A stretch of DNA of 64,000 nt from Nibricoccus sp. Lineage in GTDB: Bacteria; Verrucomicrobiota; Verrucomicrobiia; Opitutales; Opitutaceae. Made by a program: the position numbers and the translations under genes. A model generated the notes under the pieces. It did not search any database. It worked only from the letters and a program-made list of their open reading frames with translations, and was not told where the DNA came from. The stretch is taken from the NCBI GenBank assembly GCA_047602425.1, contig JASGHG010000001.1, forward strand, positions 2,016,001-2,080,000, written 5' to 3'. Positions 1 through 9,100 of the stretch are shown here, piece by piece; position 1 is the stretch's first letter; each line of letters starts with the position of its first letter.

Positions 1-71
1 CGAACCGAAACCGCCAAAACAAAACCAAAGATCCAAAACGCGGCAAGGCGGTGGCAGTGAGACGGCTTCAT
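1..71 (-). CDS. 5' end of a probable secreted protein, truncated by the window edge
   Basis: ATG at 71 on the minus strand reads MKPSHCHRLAAFWIFGFVLAVSV..., a basic N-region plus hydrophobic stretch typical of a signal peptide; open to the edge. Confidence 0.45.
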   Translation of the reverse strand, partial: MKPSHCHRLAAFWIFGFVLAVSV

Positions 72-202
72 GGAACGCGGAGAAGACGCCGGAACTAGCG
101 CAAGGTGTCAAATTTTCCAAAGTGCACGGAAAGATTTCCCTGCCCGATGAAGGCCTGCCGCCATACGCGAAAATTCCCGCAGCACCTGCCCGTCCTGTTC
201 TC

Positions 203-865
203 TCAGGAGGTTGAAGGCTCAGACATTGCTTGCTCCTTCGCCTCTCCTTCGATTTCCGAAAAATATTTCTCGATGCAGACGGGGCACATGCCGTGGGTGA
301 AACTGATGCCGAGCCGCTTGTGAAAGAAGTGCTCAATTTTGGTCCATACCCCGTCGTCCTCCTTGACCTTTTTGCAGCCGGCGCAAACCGGGAGCGGGTT
401 GGGAATTTTGTGCCAGTTCCGCAATGTCTCGACCTCGGCGCGCAATTGTTTCAACTCGCGTTCCGCCTCCCGGCGACGGCGACGTTCCTCGCTCAAACGC
501 GTCGCGTGCTGCACCGCCGAAACCAAATCCGTCAAACGGCCCTTGAGCACGCACTCGTCGGACCCCTGTTCGCGCGACCAGATCAAAGCATTTTCCCACA
601 TGGACCCAGTCACGACGACGAACGGCATCTTGGGATCGCGTTCGCTCATCCATTTCAACATGGCCAAACTGTCCCAGCGATTGTGGCTCTGGTCTTGCAA
701 CACCGACTCAGGCTGGCGCTCGTTGAAAAGCATGCTCAGCTCCTCCTCCGTCTCTAGTTTCGCCGTGTCGCAACGCATACCGGCGCGCTCCAATTGGTCT
801 GTGATCAGTTCATAATCTTGGACAATATCCTCCACGACCAGGATTCGCGTAGTGTTTTTTTGCAT
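203..865 (-). CDS. Receiver-domain protein with coiled coil and C-terminal Cys/His zinc-ribbon-like domain
   Basis: ILVVED...VLQD...VVVTG...VLK receiver pattern, then CAGCKK...W...FTHGMCPVC. Confidence 0.8.
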   Translation of the reverse strand: MQKNTTRILVVEDIVQDYELITDQLERAGMRCDTAKLETEEELSMLFNERQPESVLQDQSHNRWDSLAMLKWMSERDPKMPFVVVTGSMWENALIWSREQGSDECVLKGRLTDLVSAVQHATRLSEERRRRREAERELKQLRAEVETLRNWHKIPNPLPVCAGCKKVKEDDGVWTKIEHFFHKRLGISFTHGMCPVCIEKYFSEIEGEAKEQAMSEPSTS

Positions 866-900
866 CCAGCCAGCCTAGCAAGCGGGTCTGCCGTCTGGTA

Positions 901-1031
901 GTGGGTCCATACCCACCGGAATCGACCCCAGTCCCGGCGTCGGCGCCAGTTTTTCACGCCGTTGTTGGCGTATCCTAACATTCAATACAGTCGTTGGATA
1001 GCGCGCATTGACACATGGGGTAAGCACCTAC
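901..1031. promoter_or_regulatory. Three related 16-bp palindromic boxes in the divergent promoter (candidate NarL-family operators)
   Basis: GTGGG-TCCATA-CCCAC (901-916), GTTGG-CGTATC-CTAAC (964-979), TGGGG-TAAGCA-CCTAC (1016-1031). Confidence 0.45.
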
Positions 1032-1167
1032 TGGGCGAAGGTGAATCGATCAGGCACCATTGGCGGGCTATTGTCCGCACGATCACAAGCGTGCCGGGCG
1101 GGCATGCAATTTTTGCAACGGCTTCATACCGATCACACCTCCTCTATTTGCAAGGAACCTAAAAATC

Positions 1168-2157
1168 ATGAAGGGTAGTCCTGAATCTCTCACGAGCAAA
1201 ACCAAAAGCCAGCGCCGGGTTGGGCCGGCTGTGCAGAGCGCACGATACCAGGACGAGGTCGCCGGTGTCCAACTGCAGCCCACCGTTAACTACAGCGACC
1301 CGTTGCTGCGCGAACTCGTCGCACATTTGCGGGAGAATCGCACGCAATTGCGCGAGGTGTGGGCCCGGAATATTCTCGATGCCCAGTTGCTCTCCGCGAT
1401 GAGCAAAGAGGAAATTTTCCTCGAGGTCACCTCGGTCTACGACAACTACGTCGAGGTGTTGGAAACCGGCAGCGTCGATGCCCTGCAGGCTTACGCCCGC
1501 AATCTGTCCGAGCGCATCATTCCCCGCGGCGTGGAAACGCATGAGGTCATCGGCATCGTGCTTTTGTTGCGCGACGTGCTCGCGCGTTCCCTCTTCAAGA
1601 AATACCAGCACGACTTCGATCTGCTCAATCGCGTGCTCGACGCCTACGAGCCCGCCGCCAACCGCATCGCGAACACCGTCGCCGTGTCCTTCGTGCAGGA
1701 GCGCGAGCGCATCATACGTCAGCAACAGGAGGCCATCCGCGAATTGTCCACGCCGGTGCTTCAAGTTCGGGAGCGCCTTCTCATTTTGCCTATCATCGGC
1801 GTCATCGATTCGCAGCGCGCCAAGCAACTCACCGAGCAGCTCCTGCGCGGCATCCGGAACAACCGCGCCAAGGTCGTGGTGGTCGACATCACCGGCGTGC
1901 CGACGATCGACTCCACGGTGGCTAACCATCTCGTACAGACAGTGGAGGCTTCCCGCCTCATGGGGGCCGGCGTGATCATCACGGGCCTCTCGTCGGAAAT
2001 CGCGCAGACTCTCGTCACCATTGGCGTTGACCTCAGCAAGATGAACGCCGTCGGCGACCTGCAAGGTGGCATCGAACTTGCCGAACAAATGCTCGGCTAC
2101 AAAGTCAAAACCATGGGGGCAAGCGCGACGGCACAGGAAGTGGAAAGTACCAAGTAG
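1168..2157 (+). CDS. rsbR: Stressosome RsbR (helical N-terminal sensor plus STAS domain)
   Basis: IRELSTPVLQV...LPIIGVIDSQRA...VVDITGVPTIDSTVANHL STAS signature; ATG 1168 preceded by AAGGAA. Confidence 0.92.
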   Translation: MKGSPESLTSKTKSQRRVGPAVQSARYQDEVAGVQLQPTVNYSDPLLRELVAHLRENRTQLREVWARNILDAQLLSAMSKEEIFLEVTSVYDNYVEVLETGSVDALQAYARNLSERIIPRGVETHEVIGIVLLLRDVLARSLFKKYQHDFDLLNRVLDAYEPAANRIANTVAVSFVQERERIIRQQQEAIRELSTPVLQVRERLLILPIIGVIDSQRAKQLTEQLLRGIRNNRAKVVVVDITGVPTIDSTVANHLVQTVEASRLMGAGVIITGLSSEIAQTLVTIGVDLSKMNAVGDLQGGIELAEQMLGYKVKTMGASATAQEVESTK

Positions 2158-2168
2158 GCCGCGCGCGC

Positions 2169-2543
2169 ATGCAAGTCCCCATCCTCAAACAAGGCAGTTA
2201 CCTCATCGCCAGCATCCAATCGGTGTTGTCCGATGCGGACATGCTTCAGTTGCGCGACGACCTGGCCGCCAGGGTGGGCGTTAACCGCTCGCGCGGCGTC
2301 ATCATCGACGTGACCGTGCTGGATGTCATCGATTCTTTCGCCACGCGAACACTTCGCCATATCGCCCATATGCTCCAGTTGCGCGGAGCAAAAACGGTCA
2401 TCGTCGGCATTCAACCCGAGGTGGCCTTCGCAATGGTTCAACTTGGGCTGACTCTCGAGGGGGTCGGCACCGCGCTCGATCTTGAGGAAGGGCTTTCCTT
2501 CCTCGACCAGAAGACGAAGACCGATGCAAAAACCACTTCATGA
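2169..2543 (+). CDS. rsbS: Stressosome RsbS (STAS)
   Basis: VPILK...GVIIDVTVLDVIDSFATRTL...GIQPEVAFAMVQLGL...ALDLEEG; conserved phospho-Ser in IDSF. Confidence 0.93.
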   Translation: MQVPILKQGSYLIASIQSVLSDADMLQLRDDLAARVGVNRSRGVIIDVTVLDVIDSFATRTLRHIAHMLQLRGAKTVIVGIQPEVAFAMVQLGLTLEGVGTALDLEEGLSFLDQKTKTDAKTTS

Positions 2544-2958
2544 GGAAATCCGCGTCGAGGTTCGGTCAACCATCGACATTGTCACGGCCCGCCAACAAGG
2601 CCGGGAAATGGCAATGCAATTGGGATTCCCTTCTGGAGAAGTCACGCTCGTCGCCGCCGCGATTTCAGAAATAGCCCGCAACATTCTCGACCACGCCAAA
2701 GAGGGCGAAGTGCTTCTTTCCGCAGTGCAGTGCGGCAATCGCCAGGGCCTGCAAGTCATCGCCCAGGACAACGGGCCGGGAATTCCCGATATTCAACAAG
2801 CCATGCAATACGGCTACTCCACGCGCCGGGGGCTCGGCGTTGGCCTTCCGGGCGCGAAATGGCTGATGGACGACTTCGAAATCGAATCGAAGGTCGGGCA
2901 AGGCACCAAAGTCACCATGCACAAATGGCTTCGTCATGACACCGCCAAACTCGACTGA
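2524..2958 (+). CDS. rsbT: Ser/Thr kinase RsbT
   Basis: DIVTARQ..R, SEIARNI (N box), DNGPGI (G1), GYST..GLGVGLPG..LMDDF; overlaps the end of rsbS. Confidence 0.92.
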   Translation: MQKPLHEEIRVEVRSTIDIVTARQQGREMAMQLGFPSGEVTLVAAAISEIARNILDHAKEGEVLLSAVQCGNRQGLQVIAQDNGPGIPDIQQAMQYGYSTRRGLGVGLPGAKWLMDDFEIESKVGQGTKVTMHKWLRHDTAKLD

Positions 2959-3550
2959 CTCCATCGAATGGGCCGTGGCCCACTGCGCTCTTCCCGGGCA
3001 GGAAGTATCCGGCGACCGGCACCTCGTGCAACCGCACGACCGCGGCGTGCTGCTGGCCGTCGTGGACGGAATTGGCCATGGTCCCGAAGCCACGTGGGCC
3101 GCCGACCTCGCCGTCGAAGCATTGCGCCAACAACCGGGCGACTCCGTCCTCAACTTAATCAAACGCAGTCACGCCGCGTTGCATCAAACGCGTGGCGTTG
3201 TGCTCACCGCCGTTGTCTTTGACGAACCAGACCGTACCGTCACGTGGTGCGGCGTCGGCAATGTCGAGGGCATGCTCGTGCGCAACGACGCCGTGCAGGA
3301 GCACACGCTGTTGAGAGGCGGTACCGTTGGCGCCTCGCTCCCGCCGCTTCATGCCGGTGTTGTTCCGGTGCAGCCCGGAGATTTGCTCATCTTGGCCAGC
3401 GATGGCATCCGACCCGATTACGAGCGGGATCTGCCGGTGAAGGGTTCGCCGCAGCGGATCGCCGATCACATCTTGGGAAAATATTTCAAGGGAACCGATG
3501 ACGCCTGTGTGCTGGTCACGCGTTTTCTCGACAAGGAGACTCATGCATAA
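2936..3550 (+). CDS. rsbX: PP2C/SpoIIE-type feedback phosphatase RsbX
   Basis: SGD, VVDGIGHG, GVGNV, ASDG and DDA motifs; position after rsbT. Confidence 0.88.
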   Translation: MTPPNSTDSIEWAVAHCALPGQEVSGDRHLVQPHDRGVLLAVVDGIGHGPEATWAADLAVEALRQQPGDSVLNLIKRSHAALHQTRGVVLTAVVFDEPDRTVTWCGVGNVEGMLVRNDAVQEHTLLRGGTVGASLPPLHAGVVPVQPGDLLILASDGIRPDYERDLPVKGSPQRIADHILGKYFKGTDDACVLVTRFLDKETHA

Positions 3551-5594
3551 TCCCACACAATCGTTGCTCGCGCCCACCGTTCCCACGCCCGCGCCTACGA
3601 GCGGATTCGAGGATTGGTGGCAGCGCCTTCAACCGATCCTCAATTCCGCGTCCGATTTTTGCGCCGTGATCGACGCGGAGTTCGTCTATCGCGCGGCCAA
3701 CGATAACTATTGCCAAGCTCACGGCCGCCCTCGTTCGGAAATCGTCGGGCAAAACGTCGCCGGTCTTTGGGGCGACAATTTATTTCAAAGCATCCTGCGG
3801 CCCCCGCTCGAACGCTGTTTCCAAGGCGAGGAAGTGCGTTACGAAGCGCACTTTGGTTTTCCAAAAACCGGCCCGCGACACTACGAGGTTTCGCTTCATC
3901 CGTATGCCCCCGCCAATGGTTCCCAAAATCTTCCGCAAGCCATCGTGATCACACGCGACGTCACGGCCCTGCATGAGGCCGAGGAAGAAGCGCGGCTGGT
4001 GCTGCTGCTGGCGCGCGCGATCAACCAAGCGCCCGATTTCGATACCGCGCTGGGACAGGCCGTGCGCGAAATTTGCCGGTTCACCGGTTGGACCCTTGGA
4101 CAGGCCTGGCTTTCCGTGCCCGGCGAAGAAGGTTTCGAGTGCGCGCCGTTCTGCGAAACGTTGCGGCCGGGGCTGGAAGCGTTTGTTGCATTGAGCCGTC
4201 AGAAAAATTGGCGACAGGACGAGGTTCTGGCCGGTGCGGCGTGGCAGGCAGATCAACCCGTTTGGGCACCCGATTTCGCGGACGACCCGCAACACCCCCG
4301 CAGCCCGCTGGCCCGCGAGTTGGGACTGACCGCCGCCATGGCCATTCCGGTGCGAGCCGGCGGCAAGGTGGTCGCGGTCATGGAATATCTGCTCGCCACT
4401 CCGCGCACGCGCGATCGCCGCTTGATGGGTGTCGTCGCCGCCGTGACCTCACAGCTCGATTCGCTCTTTCAACGCAAGCGCGTGGAGACCGCCCTTCGCG
4501 ATTCCGAGGAACGTTACCATAACCTTGTTGAAACCGCCAACGATGTGATTTTCTCCCTCACGCCCGATGGAAACATCGCCGCGCTCAACCCGGCGTTCGA
4601 AACGCTCACGGGCTGGACCTGTACGGAGTGGATCGGAAAATCTTTTTTCCCACTTCTCCACCCCGACGATTTACCCACGGCGCAGGCCCGGCTCTACGCC
4701 ACCCTGCAGGGCGCTCCGCCGCGCCGCAGCGAATACCGTGTGCGGAAAGCGGACGGCGGCTATGCCGTGGGCGAGTTCATCGTCACGCCGAATCTGCGCG
4801 AAGGAAAAGTCGTGGGCTTGTCCGGCATCGGGCGCGATATAACCGAGCGCAAACGCGCCGAAGAGGCTATGCATCAAAGCGAGGAACACTACCGCGAGCT
4901 TTTCCACCAAGCTTACCAGATGCAGGAAAATCTCCGCCGGCTCTCTGACCGTGTTCTGCGGGTTCAGGAGCAGGAACGCGCCCGAATCAGCCGTGACCTT
5001 CACGACGAGGTCGGCCAGACCCTCACTGCGATCAATGTCAACCTCGCCGTCCTCGGCAAAGCAGTGGCCTCCGGTCCGAAGGAGGTGGTGCAACGTCTCG
5101 CCGATGCGCGTGCCCTGCTTGAGCAAACGATGGAAACGGTGCATAATTTCTCCCGTGAGCTCCGCCCTGCCATGCTCGATGATCTCGGTCTCGTACCCGC
5201 CTTGCGCTCCTATCTGAAAAGTTGCGCCAATCGCACGGGACTGACCGTGGATTTTCATGCTTCGCGCGAAGAGCAAATCGAACAGCTCGCCGCCGAGCAG
5301 AAAACCGTTTTCTACCGCGTCGCCCAGGAAGGGCTCAACAACGCCATCAAACATGCGCAGGCCAACCGCGTCGTGGTCGAGGCCGAAGAAAACAACGGCC
5401 GCGTCTCGCTTACGATCGTTGACGACGGTCGCGGCTTCGTCGTCAATGGCCAAGCCGCCGAAGAAGCGCCCGGGCGGCTGGGACTGCTTGGCATCGCCGA
5501 ACGCGTGCGCCTCGTGAACGGCGAATTCTCGGTCCAATCCGCACCCGGGCAGGGCACCACCCTGCGCGTCGTCGTGCCATTGTCCGCCGCGTGA
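3543..5594 (+). CDS. Soluble PAS-GAF-PAS sensor histidine kinase (HisKA_3, NarX/UhpB-like)
   Basis: RISRDLHDEVGQ H-box, QEGLNNAIKHA N-box, DDGRGF, LGLLGIAER; PAS ends RDVT and RDITERK; no TM segment; RBS AAGGAG before ATG 3543. Confidence 0.9.
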   Translation: MHNPTQSLLAPTVPTPAPTSGFEDWWQRLQPILNSASDFCAVIDAEFVYRAANDNYCQAHGRPRSEIVGQNVAGLWGDNLFQSILRPPLERCFQGEEVRYEAHFGFPKTGPRHYEVSLHPYAPANGSQNLPQAIVITRDVTALHEAEEEARLVLLLARAINQAPDFDTALGQAVREICRFTGWTLGQAWLSVPGEEGFECAPFCETLRPGLEAFVALSRQKNWRQDEVLAGAAWQADQPVWAPDFADDPQHPRSPLARELGLTAAMAIPVRAGGKVVAVMEYLLATPRTRDRRLMGVVAAVTSQLDSLFQRKRVETALRDSEERYHNLVETANDVIFSLTPDGNIAALNPAFETLTGWTCTEWIGKSFFPLLHPDDLPTAQARLYATLQGAPPRRSEYRVRKADGGYAVGEFIVTPNLREGKVVGLSGIGRDITERKRAEEAMHQSEEHYRELFHQAYQMQENLRRLSDRVLRVQEQERARISRDLHDEVGQTLTAINVNLAVLGKAVASGPKEVVQRLADARALLEQTMETVHNFSRELRPAMLDDLGLVPALRSYLKSCANRTGLTVDFHASREEQIEQLAAEQKTVFYRVAQEGLNNAIKHAQANRVVVEAEENNGRVSLTIVDDGRGFVVNGQAAEEAPGRLGLLGIAERVRLVNGEFSVQSAPGQGTTLRVVVPLSAA

Positions 5595-5642
5595 CCGCCC
5601 ATTCAATCAACCAAAACCTCCACCCAGACCGATCCAACCGCC

Positions 5643-6335
5643 ATGCCTAAAACCACCGTCCTGCTGGCCGACGATCACACCATCGTCCGCCAAGGCCTGC
5701 GCGCCCTGCTCGCCGCCGAACCCGACATCGAAGTCGTGGGCGAAGCCGAGACCGGTCGCCAGGCCGTGCAAATGGCCAAGAAGCTTCTTCCCGACGTCGC
5801 CGTCATGGACATTGCCATGCCGCAACTGAACGGTTTGGAAGCGACCCGCCAGATTGCCAGCGACGTGCCTTCCACCAAGGTCATCATTCTCTCGTCGTAT
5901 AATGACGACGAATACGTGGAGCAACTCACCGCCGCGGGCGCCATCGGCTATCTCCTCAAGCAAACCGCCGCCACCGACCTCATCTCTGCGATCCGCGCCG
6001 CTCAGCAGGGCCTTGCCTTTTTCAGCCCCGCAATTTCACGACGTAAACTCGACCAACACCGGCGCGCTTTTGCCGCCGGCCAGTCGGTCCGCAAAGCGAG
6101 CGATGCGCTTTCACCCCGCGAGCGCGAAGTCCTGCAGCTCATCGCCGAGGGAAAAACCAACAAGGAAATCGCCAGCGATCTTTGCATCAGCATCAAGACC
6201 GTCGAAAAGCACCGCCAACAAGTGATGAACCGGCTGAACATTCACGACATCGCCGGTCTCACGCGCTACGCGATTTCCAAAGGCATCATCGAAACCATGC
6301 CGGTGTTGATTCCGCCTCCGCCCAAGGAATCCTGA
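5643..6335 (+). CDS. NarL/FixJ-family response regulator (REC plus LuxR HTH)
   Basis: LADDH, MDIAMP..NG, GYLLK; LSPREREVLQLIAEG.TNKEIA..L.ISIKTVEKHR. Confidence 0.95.
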   Translation: MPKTTVLLADDHTIVRQGLRALLAAEPDIEVVGEAETGRQAVQMAKKLLPDVAVMDIAMPQLNGLEATRQIASDVPSTKVIILSSYNDDEYVEQLTAAGAIGYLLKQTAATDLISAIRAAQQGLAFFSPAISRRKLDQHRRAFAAGQSVRKASDALSPREREVLQLIAEGKTNKEIASDLCISIKTVEKHRQQVMNRLNIHDIAGLTRYAISKGIIETMPVLIPPPPKES

Positions 6336-6365
6336 ACGGCTCGCGGCGACGGCAAAGCCTTCGGT

Positions 6366-6908
6366 TTATTTTTTCGTCGGCAACATCTTGTCGCCATCCA
6401 GCGCGTAAATCGCCGTGAGAAATCCGTTTTCATAGAGCTCCTTGACGCGGAGCACGCCGCTGAATGACACCGGCACATCCATCAGCTGGAGCGCCCCTTT
6501 TGGCATGCGAACGAGAATCCATTCGTTGAGCTGCGGGACCACGCCATAACAACACATCATCTGCGTGCGCATGAGGAGCAGCTCCGTCACTTTTCCTCCT
6601 TCCATTTTGATCGGCAACATGAAGCCCGTGACAACCGCCTTGCGGCCGTCGAGCGCGCGGATTTCGTCGGGGATCTGTTTGCCCAGTGAAGGCCCTTCGG
6701 ACCCCGGCGCGGCCTTCGGATCGAAGGGTGGTGGTTCGACTTTGAAAGCAGCCAGCCGGTCGAAATCCGCCTTGATCAATCCGTCAACGACCGGAAACGC
6801 CGCCGCCTCTCCCGCCGCCCGCGCGGACACCGTGCAGCAGGCCAAACCCACGGCAACAAGCCGAAGCGCCTTGAAAAGACCGGAAAAAGACCATCGAAAG
6901 CGTCTCAT
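6366..6908 (-). CDS. DUF3299-family exported protein (ZrgD-like)
   Basis: Signal peptide; LDGRKAVVTGFMLP...LLL....MCCYG..P..NEWI.V; follows the ABC permease and ATPase. Confidence 0.75.
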   Translation of the reverse strand: MRRFRWSFSGLFKALRLVAVGLACCTVSARAAGEAAAFPVVDGLIKADFDRLAAFKVEPPPFDPKAAPGSEGPSLGKQIPDEIRALDGRKAVVTGFMLPIKMEGGKVTELLLMRTQMMCCYGVVPQLNEWILVRMPKGALQLMDVPVSFSGVLRVKELYENGFLTAIYALDGDKMLPTKK

Positions 6909-7018
6909 AACATCGAAGACGTTAACAAATGCAGCCAGCGGCTCAGGTCAACCCTCCCTCGGAGGCGCCGGATAAAGTGTCACGCAATATGCACAAACCA
7001 TTCGCCAGAGTCAAAAGC

Positions 7019-8221
7019 TCAGGACACCGGCGCAAGCGTCTCGGCCACCGGGACGCGATAGGCCTTGAGCGCTGGCACAACGCCACCCAAAGCGGCCAGC
7101 GCAACCATCGACAAAGGACAAATCCATAGCACTGGCTGCCACGTCGCCAAATCGAGCACTACGCCGGTCTGCGCCCGGATCGTTTGTGCAACCGCAGTCA
7201 ATAACCCGGCGTGAACCAAAAATCCACCCATCGCGCCGAGCAGACCGATAATTGCGGCTTCACCCACCACGGCCCCAAACACCGTGCGTCGGTGGGCTCC
7301 GAGGGATCGCAAGATCGCGATATCACGCCGCCGGGAATTCATCGAGGCGTAAATGCTCGCCAGCACCGAACCCGCCGCAACCAATGCAACGAGGTAAGCC
7401 ACCAAAGCCAGCACGCGGTCGAACCATCCGATCTTCGAAAATAATTCTCCAACGACCGCTCCGACCGGATACGCAAACGTCAACCGATTGCCCTGCTTGT
7501 TGTACATCACGTCGAGCATGAAGCCCGCCGTCGGCGCACGCAGTTGGATCAGCACCGCGCTCACTTCCGTGGCAGCAGCAGGATTGTGACCTGACATCGT
7601 CTGCACGCCTTCCAATGGCGTCCAGATCACACGGTCTGCGGGCGTGTTGGTCGGCGCGAGAACGCCAACCACCGTGTATTCCTCCTCGTGGTCGTGGTCT
7701 TCGGCATAGGCAAGTCCATGCGAAGGATGAAAGGTCGTACCCACTTTCCAGCCGAGTTTTTGCGCGGCAAAACTGCCGACCACCGCCTCGTGTTTCGCGG
7801 GATCGAAAAATCTACCGCCCGTCAGCCTGTGTTTTTTCCCGGCGGAAAATTCCACGTCACTCAGCAACTCCGGCACCGTGCCCACAATGCGCCAGCCGTG
7901 AAAATTATCTCCAACCGCAATCGGGATAGCAGCCTTCACCGCCGGGTGCTTTTTGATTTGCTCGTAGTCGGACCAAGCCACGTTGCCCGGAGAAGCTTCG
8001 AGATGAAAAATCGCGTTGAGCACCAGTTGGAGTTTCGAACCGCGCGCCCCGAGCACTGCGTCAAAACCCGCCGTCGTTTGTGTGAACGTCTGTTGCGACT
8101 GCGTTTTTACCACCCAAACCGTCATTAGCAAACCAGCCGCCAGAGCCAAACTACATGCCGTGACCAACGTCGACAAGGCGTGCTGGCGGAGGCTACGATA
8201 AATGATGAGCAAAATCGTCAT
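7019..8221 (-). CDS. ABC transporter permease (FtsX/MacB-type, ZrgC-like) with His/acid-rich loop
   Basis: DAVLGARGSKLQLVLNAIFH, AIPIAVGD, RRRDIAILRSLGA; SHGLAYAEDHDHEEE loop. Confidence 0.85.
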   Translation of the reverse strand: MTILLIIYRSLRQHALSTLVTACSLALAAGLLMTVWVVKTQSQQTFTQTTAGFDAVLGARGSKLQLVLNAIFHLEASPGNVAWSDYEQIKKHPAVKAAIPIAVGDNFHGWRIVGTVPELLSDVEFSAGKKHRLTGGRFFDPAKHEAVVGSFAAQKLGWKVGTTFHPSHGLAYAEDHDHEEEYTVVGVLAPTNTPADRVIWTPLEGVQTMSGHNPAAATEVSAVLIQLRAPTAGFMLDVMYNKQGNRLTFAYPVGAVVGELFSKIGWFDRVLALVAYLVALVAAGSVLASIYASMNSRRRDIAILRSLGAHRRTVFGAVVGEAAIIGLLGAMGGFLVHAGLLTAVAQTIRAQTGVVLDLATWQPVLWICPLSMVALAALGGVVPALKAYRVPVAETLAPVS

Positions 8222-8348
8222 GACGATTTCGAAATTCCAAAGCCCAGAGGTCCAAATTCCAAAACGACGCGCCGCGGTATGACTAAGCTTAACCCGCTAT
8301 TCACAAACCCGTCGCGAGATGATGCCGCTCTGATCTTTGTGATTTGAT

Positions 8349-9035
8349 TCATTGGAGTTTGGTGCTTCCGCGATCAATGGTGCAACCGTTGATCGCGGCG
8401 AAATCCTGGACGCGCTCGAATTGCGCGAGGGCCGTCTCGTCGTGGCTTACCAGCAGGAGCGCAGCGCCGGTCTCGCGGCAGGTTTCGCGAATAAGCGTAA
8501 GCGCCTCCGTTGCGTTGCGCCGGTCAAGGTTGCCCGTCGGCTCGTCAGCCAGCACAAGTTTCGGACGATTCACGAGCGCGCGCGCCACGGCCACGCGTTG
8601 CTGCTGGCCGGTGGAAAGCTGCCGTGGATAATGCGCCAGCCTGTCACCGAGTCCCACGCGCTCCAGCATCGACCGCGCCCGGCCACGATCGACGCCACAA
8701 CCAAAAGACATGCCCAAGAGCACATTTTCCAGCACGGTGTGGCCTTGGAGCAGGTTGAAGGTTTGGAAAATGTAGCCGAGTTTGCCGGCGCGGAGGCGGT
8801 CGCGCCGCGATTCGCCGAGCGCGGCCATATCGGTGCCGTCGATTTCAATGCTTCCGGTATCGGTCGCAAGGATGCCCGCGATGAGATGAAGAAACGTCGT
8901 TTTGCCAGAACCGCTTTCGCCGCGCAGCGCCAACTGCTCGCCAGCACCAAGGGAGAAAGACGGCACATTCACGACCGCGGCGCGCCTTCCGTCGGGCGCG
9001 ACAAATGCCTTGGTGAGCCCTTGGATGTTGAGCAT
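8349..9035 (-). CDS. ABC transporter ATP-binding protein (LolD/MacB-like)
   Basis: [30 protein letters not shown]. Confidence 0.93.
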   Translation of the reverse strand: MLNIQGLTKAFVAPDGRRAAVVNVPSFSLGAGEQLALRGESGSGKTTFLHLIAGILATDTGSIEIDGTDMAALGESRRDRLRAGKLGYIFQTFNLLQGHTVLENVLLGMSFGCGVDRGRARSMLERVGLGDRLAHYPRQLSTGQQQRVAVARALVNRPKLVLADEPTGNLDRRNATEALTLIRETCRETGAALLLVSHDETALAQFERVQDFAAINGCTIDRGSTKLQ

Positions 9036-9100
9036 GGCAAGAATTACTACCCGATACTCAACCGTTTTGCCAAGGGCTGCGAACGAGCGTCACCGAAACG

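Noticed and set aside
8232..8264. AAATTCCAAA repeated twice between the ABC ATPase and permease
   Set aside because: Only two short degenerate units with no associated gene; at most a relic of a heptamer repeat family
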